A stretch of DNA of 32,000 nt, taken from assembly GCF_003324675.1 (NCBI RefSeq), contig NZ_CP030918.1:2640001-2672000 (forward strand), given 5' to 3'. Below the pieces are notes generated by a model, which saw only the letters and a program-made list of their open reading frames with translations, ran no database searches and was not told the origin of the DNA. This document shows, in pieces, positions 25,192 through 32,000 of this stretch (positions are counted from its first letter, which is position 1; every line of letters begins with the position of its first letter). The translations under genes and the position numbers were made by a program. This DNA is from Paracoccus suum. GTDB lineage: Bacteria; Pseudomonadota; Alphaproteobacteria; Rhodobacterales; Rhodobacteraceae.

Positions 25192-26142
25192 ATGAAACCG
25201 CATGTCCTCGTCGCCGTCCCTTTGCGCCCGCAGCAACTGGACATGTTGGCACAGCTTTATGAGTTGCACCGGCTGGACCAGGCGGCTTCGCCCGCGGAGC
25301 GCGAGGCGGTGCTGGCCGCGGCAGGGCCGGTCTGCTCGGCCATGGTGGTCAACGGCAATTTCAGGCTGGATGGCGCCCTGCTGGACAGGCTGCCGGCGTT
25401 GAAAATGGCCTCCTGCTCGTCGGCCGGGTTTGACCAGATCGACCTGGACGAGTTGACGCGGCGCGGGATCACCCTGACCAACACTTCCGAGGCGCTGCGC
25501 GATGACGTCGCCGACATGGCGATCCTGCTGATGCTGGCCTCGCGCCGCCGCCTGATCGAAGGCGATGCCTATGTCCGCACGGGCGGCTGGGGCCAGAAGG
25601 GGATGTTCCCCCTGACAACCTCCAGCGCGGGCAAGCGGGCGGGGATCCTCGGGCTCGGCAATATCGGCATGGCGATCGCCCGCCGCGCCGAGGCGCTGGG
25701 CATGACGGTCGGTTATTGCGGCCGCAATCCCAAGCCCGACGTCGGGTATAAGTATTTTGCCGATCCCGTCGCCCTCGCCGAATGGGCGGACGTGCTGCTG
25801 GTCGCGACGCCCGGCGGTGCCGGGACCGAGGGGCTCGTCTCGGCCCAAGTGATCGAGGCGCTGGGCCCGCAAGGGATGCTGGTCAACATCGCCCGCGGGT
25901 CGGTGGTGGACGAGGCGGCAATGATCGCGGCGTTGCAGGACGGGCGCCTCGGGTCGGCGGGGCTGGACGTTTATCTCAGCGAGCCAAAGCCGGACCCGGC
26001 GCTGGTCGCGCTGCCGAACGTCACCCTCAGCCCGCACCACGCCAGCGGGACTGAGGAAACACGGGCGCGCATGGCCCAGTTGACCGTTGACAACTTGGAC
26101 GCTTTCTTTGCCGGCAGGCCGCTGTTGACCCCGGTGAACTGA
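25192..26142 (+). CDS. D-isomer-specific 2-hydroxyacid dehydrogenase (glyoxylate/hydroxypyruvate reductase-like)
   Basis: Trimmed to ATG 25192 (AGGAAG at 25182-25187). It has the NAD motif GILGLGNIGMAIA and the catalytic Arg/Glu/His context NIARGSVVDE ... SPHHASGT. Confidence 0.9.
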   Translation: MKPHVLVAVPLRPQQLDMLAQLYELHRLDQAASPAEREAVLAAAGPVCSAMVVNGNFRLDGALLDRLPALKMASCSSAGFDQIDLDELTRRGITLTNTSEALRDDVADMAILLMLASRRRLIEGDAYVRTGGWGQKGMFPLTTSSAGKRAGILGLGNIGMAIARRAEALGMTVGYCGRNPKPDVGYKYFADPVALAEWADVLLVATPGGAGTEGLVSAQVIEALGPQGMLVNIARGSVVDEAAMIAALQDGRLGSAGLDVYLSEPKPDPALVALPNVTLSPHHASGTEETRARMAQLTVDNLDAFFAGRPLLTPVN

Positions 26143-26296
26143 CGCCCGTTGGTCGGCATTGGCTGCCTAACGCCTCTGCCATCTTGCAGCGGCACTTGCC
26201 GCAGGCGACGTTGCGTCCTGCGGGCGCGCTGCGCAGGATGCCGCCCCGAACCCCCCCGACCGGCCGCCGCGCCGGCCCAGTGCTGGAGCTTGACGC

Positions 26297-28381
26297 ATGA
26301 CCGACGCCGTTAGCTATGCCCGCAATGGCGAGATCGCCGTCATCACCGTCGACTCGCCGCCGGTAAATGCGCTGTCGGCGGCGGTGCGGCAGGGGCTGGT
26401 GACTGCGATGGAGCGCTTTGCAGCGGATGACGCGCAGGCCGCGGTGCTGTGCTGCGCCGGCCGGACCTTCATCGCCGGGGCCGACATATCGGAGTTCGGC
26501 AAGCCGCCGCAGCCGCCGCTGTTGCCCGAAGTCATCGGCCTGATCGAGGCCGCGTCGCGGCCGGTAATCGCCGCGCTGCACGGCACGGTCCTGGGGGGCG
26601 GGCTGGAGGTTGCACTTGGCGCACATGGCCGCGTCGCCCTTGCCGGCACCCGCCTCGGGTTGCCCGAGGTCACCTTGGGCCTGCTGCCCGGCGCGGGCGG
26701 CACGCAACGCTTGCCGCGGCTGACAGGGCTTGAGTCCGCGGTCGACCTGATCACCTCGGGCCGTCAGATCTCCGCGGAAGATGCTCTGGGTCTGGGCTTG
26801 ATCGACACCGTCGCCGAGGGTGGCGACCCCTGCGCGGCGGGCATCGCCGAGGCGCGGCACTGGATCGCCGAGGGGCGCGGGCCGCGTCCCGTCTCGGCCC
26901 TGCCGGCGCCCGCGATCGATGTCCCCGCCCTGCCCGCGCTGCGGGCCAAGGTTGAAAAGGCGGCCAAGGGCCAGCCGGCGCCCCTGCGCGCCTTTGACAC
27001 CATCATCGGCGGCATGGCCCTGCCCCTGGCCGAGGGAATGGCACTCGAGCGCGCGGCCTTCGTCGACCTGATGGCCTCGCCCGAACGGGCCGCGCTGATC
27101 CACGCCTTTTTCGCCGAGCGGGCCGCCGCCCGACCGCCGACCGATGCGAAACCCCGCCCGGTCGCGCGCATCGGCGTCGTCGGCGGCGGGACCATGGGCC
27201 AGGGCATAGCCGCCTCGGCCCTCAGCGCCGGCCTCGACGTCACTCTGATCGAACGTGACCCGGCCGCCGCCGACCGCGCCGCGAAGGGCATCGCCGCGAT
27301 GCAGGACGGCGCCGTCAAGCGCGGCAAGCTGACCGCCGCGGCGCGCGAGCGAATGCTGGCCGAGCAGTTCCGCACCGCCGCCGGACTGGACGCCCTCTCC
27401 GAAGTCGATCTGGTCATCGAGGCCGTGTTCGAGGCCATGGACGTCAAGCGCGCCGTCTTTGCCGATCTGGACCGCATCTGCCGTCCCGGCGCGATCCTTG
27501 CGACCAACACCTCCTACCTCGACCTGAACGCCATCGCCGCCGCGACCAGCCGGCCGCAGGACGTGATCGGCCTGCATTTCTTTTCGCCCGCCAATGTCAT
27601 GCGCCTGCTGGAAATTGTCGTCGCCGACGCCACCGCCGAGGACGTGACCTCCACCGCCTTTGCGCTGGCCAAGCGCATGGGCAAGATCGCCGTGCGCTCG
27701 GGCGTGTGCGACGGCTTTATCGGCAATCGCATGCTTTCGGCCTATCGCACGGCCGCCGATCACGCGGTGCTGGACGGCGCCTCGCCCTATGATGTCGACC
27801 GGGCCATCACCGGCTTCGGCTTTGCCATGGGTCCCTATCAGGTCGGCGATCTGGCAGGCCTCGACATCGGCTATGCCAACCGCCGCCGGCTGGACGCCAG
27901 CCGCGATCCACGCGAGCGGCCGCCGATCTTTGCCGACAGACTGGTCGAGGCCGGCCGGCTGGGGCGCAAATCAGGCGGCGGCTATTACCGTTACGATGCC
28001 GAGGCGCCGAACGGCCGCCCGGACCCCGAGGCAGAGGCGATCATTGACGCCTCACGTCCCCCGAAGCCCGGCCTTGATGCCGACCAGATTCGCGCCCGCT
28101 ACATGGCCGCGATGGTCAACGAAGGGGCCAAGATCCTCGACGAAGGCATCGCCGCGCGGCCGGGCGATATCGACGCGGTGCTGCTGCACGGCTACGGCTT
28201 TCCGCGCCACAAGGGCGGCCCGATGCACTGGGCCGACGCCTATGGCCTCGAGCGGATCGCACAGGATATTCGCAGCTACGCCCAGGACGATCCGTATTTC
28301 TGGCAGCTCTCCCCGCTGCTGGCGCGGCTGGCCGACAGCGGCGGGCGCTTTGCCGATCTTGACCGAAAGGATACCGCATGA
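26297..28381 (+). CDS. Bifunctional enoyl-CoA hydratase / 3-hydroxyacyl-CoA dehydrogenase (FadB/FadJ-type)
   Basis: 694 aa. The N-terminal crotonase fold has FIAGADISEF, and ALHGTVLGGGLEVAL follows. The C-terminal dehydrogenase has IGVVGGGTMGQGIA and HFFSPANVMRLLEIV. GGAG lies 8 nt upstream of the ATG. Confidence 0.93.
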   Translation: MTDAVSYARNGEIAVITVDSPPVNALSAAVRQGLVTAMERFAADDAQAAVLCCAGRTFIAGADISEFGKPPQPPLLPEVIGLIEAASRPVIAALHGTVLGGGLEVALGAHGRVALAGTRLGLPEVTLGLLPGAGGTQRLPRLTGLESAVDLITSGRQISAEDALGLGLIDTVAEGGDPCAAGIAEARHWIAEGRGPRPVSALPAPAIDVPALPALRAKVEKAAKGQPAPLRAFDTIIGGMALPLAEGMALERAAFVDLMASPERAALIHAFFAERAAARPPTDAKPRPVARIGVVGGGTMGQGIAASALSAGLDVTLIERDPAAADRAAKGIAAMQDGAVKRGKLTAAARERMLAEQFRTAAGLDALSEVDLVIEAVFEAMDVKRAVFADLDRICRPGAILATNTSYLDLNAIAAATSRPQDVIGLHFFSPANVMRLLEIVVADATAEDVTSTAFALAKRMGKIAVRSGVCDGFIGNRMLSAYRTAADHAVLDGASPYDVDRAITGFGFAMGPYQVGDLAGLDIGYANRRRLDASRDPRERPPIFADRLVEAGRLGRKSGGGYYRYDAEAPNGRPDPEAEAIIDASRPPKPGLDADQIRARYMAAMVNEGAKILDEGIAARPGDIDAVLLHGYGFPRHKGGPMHWADAYGLERIAQDIRSYAQDDPYFWQLSPLLARLADSGGRFADLDRKDTA

Positions 28382-29553
28382 CTGACGCCGTCATCGTTTC
28401 GACCGCCCGGACCGGCATCGGCAAGGCCGTCCGCGGCAGCCTGAACTTGACCCACGGCGCCACCATGGGCGGCCATGTCGCGCGCATTGCGGTCGAGCGT
28501 GCCGGGATCGATCCGACGCTTATCGAGGATTCGCTCTGGGGCTGCGGCTATCCGGAATATGTCACAGGCGGGAACATCGCGCGCCAGATCGTGGTCCGCG
28601 CGGGCCTGCCGGTCAGCATCGCCGGCACGACGGTGAACCGCTTCTGCGCCTCGGGCCTGCAGGCGCTGGCGATGGCCGCGCATGCGGTCCAGGTCGAGGG
28701 GGCGCAGGCGGTGCTGGCAGGCGGCGTCGAATCGATCAGCCTGGTCCAGCCCCCGCCCCGCAATTCGCGCGAGGCCTGGATCGAGGCGAATTACCCCAGC
28801 CTTTACATGCCGATGATCGACACCGCCGACATCGTAGCCGAGCGCTATGGCATCAGCCGCGAGGCGCAGGACGAATACGCGCTGCTCTCTCAGCAGCGCA
28901 TCGCCGCAGCACAGGCGGGCGGACTGTTCGACGACGAGATCGTCCCGTTCGAGGTCACCCGAGCGGTCACCGACAAGGCCAGCGGCGAGATCCGGAGCGG
29001 GACGGTCACGCTCGACCGCGACGAGTGCAACCGACCCGGCACCACACTGGAGGGTCTGGCGGCGCTGACCCCGGTCCGGGGCGAGGGCAAGTTCATCACC
29101 GCCGGCAACGCCAGCCAGCTGTCGGACGGCGCCGCCGCGCTGCTGGTCATGAGCGCCGATCGCGCGGCGGCCCAGGGTATCGCTCCGCTCGGCGCCCTTC
29201 GCGGCTTTGTCGTTGCCGGCTGCGAGCCGGACGAGATGGGCATCGGCCCGGTCTTTGCCGTCCCGCGTCTCCTCGAGCGCGCCGGCCTTGCCGTTGACGA
29301 CATCGATCTTTGGGAGCTGAACGAGGCTTTCGCGAGCCAGGTCCTCTACTGCCAGCAACGGCTGGGGATCGACCCGGCCAAAATGAACGTCAACGGCGGC
29401 TCAATCGCCATCGGCCACCCCTTCGGCATGACCGGCGCACGGATGGCGGGACATATCCTGCTGGAGGGCCGTCGGCGCAAGGCACGCTGGGGGGTCGTCA
29501 CGATGTGCGTCGGCGGCGGCCAAGGCGCCGCCGGCCTGATCGAGATCTTCTGA
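28378..29553 (+). CDS. Acetyl-CoA C-acyltransferase (3-ketoacyl-CoA thiolase)
   Basis: MTDAVIVSTARTGIGKA..., the active-site Cys in NRFCASGLQA, NGGSIAIGHPFGMTGAR, and MCVGGGQGAAGLIE. It shares an ATGA overlap with the upstream gene. Confidence 0.95.
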   Translation: MTDAVIVSTARTGIGKAVRGSLNLTHGATMGGHVARIAVERAGIDPTLIEDSLWGCGYPEYVTGGNIARQIVVRAGLPVSIAGTTVNRFCASGLQALAMAAHAVQVEGAQAVLAGGVESISLVQPPPRNSREAWIEANYPSLYMPMIDTADIVAERYGISREAQDEYALLSQQRIAAAQAGGLFDDEIVPFEVTRAVTDKASGEIRSGTVTLDRDECNRPGTTLEGLAALTPVRGEGKFITAGNASQLSDGAAALLVMSADRAAAQGIAPLGALRGFVVAGCEPDEMGIGPVFAVPRLLERAGLAVDDIDLWELNEAFASQVLYCQQRLGIDPAKMNVNGGSIAIGHPFGMTGARMAGHILLEGRRRKARWGVVTMCVGGGQGAAGLIEIF

Positions 29554-29597
29554 ATGGGTGCGCGGATGGCGAACGGCCGGTGCCCAGGGTGCCGATC

Positions 29598-30038
29598 ATG
29601 AGCGCAGGAGACGAAGGCAACGGCCTGATCTTGGACGAGACCGGAACCCAGCGGCTGGTTGGCTATGTCCTCGATATCGGCCAGCCCGATAGGCGCGCGC
29701 GTTGCCGGCTGGTGGTTGGACCAGAGCATACCAACCGCCATGGCGTGCTGCACGGCGGCATCGCGGCGATGCTGCTGGACAGCGCCTCTGGCGCGACGGC
29801 CAGCCTGACGGTGGATTCCACGGGTCGCCAACCGTTCTTGACCGTCTCACTGAATGTCGATTTCCTGGCCGCGGGCCTTTTCGGCGAAGTCACGGCCACC
29901 GGCCGCGCCACCGGCGGAGGGCGCAGCCTGCAATTCATCGCCTCGGAACTGGTCCACGCCGACGGCACGCTGATCGCCACCGCCAGCGGCGTGTTCAAGC
30001 GGGTCAGGCCTGCGTCCGAGCGCGCGGGGGGCCGATAG
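29598..30038 (+). CDS. PaaI-family hotdog-fold thioesterase
   Basis: Trimmed to ATG 29598: MSAGDEGNG...NRHGVLHGGIAAMLLDSASG...GRSLQFIASELVHADGTLIATASGVFK. This is the typical PaaI/4HBT pattern. Confidence 0.85.
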   Translation: MSAGDEGNGLILDETGTQRLVGYVLDIGQPDRRARCRLVVGPEHTNRHGVLHGGIAAMLLDSASGATASLTVDSTGRQPFLTVSLNVDFLAAGLFGEVTATGRATGGGRSLQFIASELVHADGTLIATASGVFKRVRPASERAGGR

Positions 30039-30195
30039 GCGTCGGCGCCGATGCAACCGTTCGGCTAAGACAGGTCTCGCGGGCCGCGCATATAAAAAAT
30101 TACAGACTTTCGCCGGTGCAGCACTGGGCGGCTTTCCCCGCGTGGCGCCCTGTGGCAGATGCGACACCCAGACGGATCGTAACGGGGGCGGGCTC

Positions 30196-31779
30196 ATGCA
30201 GCGGCGAGAGTTTCTGACGGCAGCGGCGGCCACGGGCGGAGCACTCTGGCTGGGAACGAGTGCCCTGGCCCAGGGCGCGGCGGAAATCGCCGCCACCACT
30301 GATGGCGAGCCGGCCAAGGCTGCGCCAGTCTCACCGCCCCGACCATTCGGTTTTGACGACGTCGTCGCCATCGCCGAAGCCACCGCAGCCAAGAGCTTTG
30401 TCGATCCCAAGGTGGATCTCGCGGGCATTTTTGCCAAGCTCAGCTACGACCAGTTTCGCGCCATCCGCTTTCGCCGTGATCACGACCCTTGGGCGGATCA
30501 CAGCCGCTTCGGACTCGACCTGCTGCCGCCGGGCCTGCTCTACCGCGACCGGATCGAGATTAACATCGTCACGCCCGAGGGCGAGGCGCGGCCGATGCCG
30601 TTCGACCCGCGCGCGCTGGACTTCCAGGCCGAGTTGTTCCCCGACCCCATCGATCTGGACGATATCGGAAAGATGGGTTGGTCCGGCTTCCGCCTGCGCA
30701 CGACGCTGAACCGTCCCGACGTGCTGGACGAATTCGCCGTCTTTCAGGGCGCCAGCTACTTCCGCGCGGTGGCACGCGGCACGACATACGGTCTGTCCGG
30801 GCGCGGGCTCGCGCTGAACACCGGCCTGCCCGAGGGCGAGGAGTTTCCGCTGTTTCGCGCCTTCTGGCTGCACACTCCGGGGGTAGCAGATGGCGCGCTG
30901 ACCATCCACGGGCTGCTCGACAGCCCCTCGGTCGCCGGCGCCTACCAGTTCATCATGCGCCCCGGCGCCGATACGGTGATCGCAACCCGCGTCGCCCTGT
31001 TTCCGCGCAAGCGCCTTACGGCCGCCGGGATCGCGCCGCTGACATCGATGTTCTGGTTCAGCGATGCCGACCGCGACGGGATCGACGACTATCGCCGCGC
31101 AGTCCATGACAGCGACGGCCTGCAGATGATCACCGGCGGCGGCCGCCGGTTGTGGCGCGCCCTGTCCGGGCCGCCCACGCTGCAGCTTTCCGATTTCCAG
31201 GACGAGAACCCCGAAGGCTTTGGTCTCGCCCAGCGGCCCCGCAGCTTTGACGACTACCAGGACGCCGAGGCGCGCTACGAGACCCGTCCCTCGGCCTGGC
31301 TCGAGCCACATTCGCCTTGGGGCAAGGGTTCGGTCGGACTGGTCGAGATCCCGGTCGAGAACGAGTTTCACGACAACATCGTCAGCTTCTGGCGCCCGGG
31401 CGAGCCGCTGGAACCCGGCCGTCGGCATGATTTCGGCTATGACCTGATATTCTCGAAACTGCCGCCGGACCTCGCGCCGCTGGCGCGGGTGAATTCGACC
31501 CGCTCGGGCAAGTCGGTGAACAACCCGAATGCGCGCAGCTACTTCCTCGATTTCGACCTGGCGCCCTTCATCGGAATTGAGCCACGGATCACCATCACCA
31601 CCTCGGTCGGCGAGATCGGCCATAACTACGTGCAGCGTCTGGCGGCAGAGGATCGGCTGCGGCTTGCCTTCGACTTTCTGCCGGGCGATGCCCCCTTGGC
31701 CGACCTCAGCGCCAGCCTCAGCGCGCCTGACGGCACGGTGCTGACAGAGACGTGGATGGCGCGATGGGTCAAGGGCTGA
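30196..31779 (+). CDS. opgD: Periplasmic glucan biosynthesis protein, OpgG/OpgD (MdoG) family, with a Tat-type signal (OpgD-like)
   Basis: Trimmed to ATG 30196: MQRREFLTAAAATGGALWLGTSALAQGA is a twin-arginine signal. Family motifs LSYDQFRAIRF, FQGASYFRAV, FPLFRAFWL and DNIVSFW are present. Confidence 0.9.
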   Translation: MQRREFLTAAAATGGALWLGTSALAQGAAEIAATTDGEPAKAAPVSPPRPFGFDDVVAIAEATAAKSFVDPKVDLAGIFAKLSYDQFRAIRFRRDHDPWADHSRFGLDLLPPGLLYRDRIEINIVTPEGEARPMPFDPRALDFQAELFPDPIDLDDIGKMGWSGFRLRTTLNRPDVLDEFAVFQGASYFRAVARGTTYGLSGRGLALNTGLPEGEEFPLFRAFWLHTPGVADGALTIHGLLDSPSVAGAYQFIMRPGADTVIATRVALFPRKRLTAAGIAPLTSMFWFSDADRDGIDDYRRAVHDSDGLQMITGGGRRLWRALSGPPTLQLSDFQDENPEGFGLAQRPRSFDDYQDAEARYETRPSAWLEPHSPWGKGSVGLVEIPVENEFHDNIVSFWRPGEPLEPGRRHDFGYDLIFSKLPPDLAPLARVNSTRSGKSVNNPNARSYFLDFDLAPFIGIEPRITITTSVGEIGHNYVQRLAAEDRLRLAFDFLPGDAPLADLSASLSAPDGTVLTETWMARWVKG

Positions 31780-32000
31780 CAGGGGCGAGGCAGGTGGCAA
31801 GGGCCGCCGAAGCGGGGGCGCCGGGCGATCTCGCACCGCTGGCGCTGACAGCCCTGCCCCCGACGCCCCCCGAGGCGCCGCTGGAGATGCCCGCACAGGA
31901 GTTCTTTGGCGAGGTGCCGGAGGGGCCGGCCCGCCGCCCGGCCTCGACCGCGACCATCGGCGCGCGCGTTGTGACCTTTGGCCTGACCGCCATCATCGCC
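31764..32000 (+). CDS. opgH: Partial CDS (5' end only): probable glucans biosynthesis glucosyltransferase OpgH
   Basis: Absent from the ORF track because it is open at the window end. The frame from ATG 31764 reads MGQGLTGARQVARAAEAGAPGDLAPLALTALPPTPPEAPLEMPAQEFFGEVPEGPARRPASTATIGARVVTFGLTAIIA with no stop. Its position directly after opgD and the R-rich segment followed by a hydrophobic stretch fit an OpgH N-terminus. Alternative starts are GTG 31794 and ATG 31887. Confidence 0.55.
   Translation, partial: MGQGLTGARQVARAAEAGAPGDLAPLALTALPPTPPEAPLEMPAQEFFGEVPEGPARRPASTATIGARVVTFGLTAIIA

Noticed and set aside
26190-26240. Palindromes upstream of the beta-oxidation operon (GCGGCA-ct-TGCCGC; TCCTGCG-N9-CGCAGGA at 26216-26238) as a FadR/TetR operator
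   Set aside because: Short GC-rich palindromes are frequent by chance at this GC content, and no adjacent regulator gene is present. The evidence is too weak to call a feature.
26027-27763. 578-aa minus-strand ORF, and similar ones at 28276..29358 (-) and 30331..31896 (-)
   Set aside because: They are antisense to the hydratase/dehydrogenase, thiolase and OpgD genes, all of which have clear catalytic motifs. These are high-GC antisense artefacts.
1-32000. CRISPR arrays, IS elements or transposases, prophage genes, rRNA, and large tandem or dispersed repeats
   Set aside because: None were seen on reading both strands. The only RNA gene I can support is tRNA-Ser. Repeat detection by eye is limited, so a computational self-dot-plot would be needed to exclude short dispersed repeats.

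Overview
High-GC (hand counts of about 65-72% per 60-nt line) alphaproteobacterial chromosome segment. Gene content looks Rhodobacterales-like, but the taxon is an inference. I support about 35 CDS (two cut by the window edges), one tRNA-Ser(UGA), one clear intrinsic terminator and a few hairpins or operator-like palindromes. Most of the window is ordinary core or metabolic DNA: lepA, a Cys-poor dksA, folP-glmM, a compact rfbCBDA dTDP-rhamnose operon, chrA, a beta-oxidation operon (hydratase/dehydrogenase, thiolase, PaaI thioesterase), opgD-opgH, and two LysR-associated detoxification-type clusters (DoxX + VOC dioxygenase; DsbA-like + MBL-fold + NTF2-like). Two segments are compositionally foreign. 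(1) Positions 1-1203 (about 50% GC) carry a translationally coupled pair on the minus strand: a DUF5343-like protein followed by a HEPN-like (Swt1-type) protein cut by the left window edge. The pair starts only 3 nt after the lepA stop codon. This is my best candidate for an undescribed toxin-antitoxin or anti-phage module, but only part of it is visible. (2) Positions 10528 to about 13400, immediately 3' of tRNA-Ser, form a lower-GC islet with an alpha/beta-hydrolase/helical-repeat protein and two sulfotransferase-fold proteins. It has no integrase and no detectable att repeat. I found no CRISPR array, IS element, transposase, integrase or rRNA. Family names are recalled from motif patterns and were not searched against any database. 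Many long ORFs in the track are antisense or out-of-frame high-GC artefacts and are listed as rejected.
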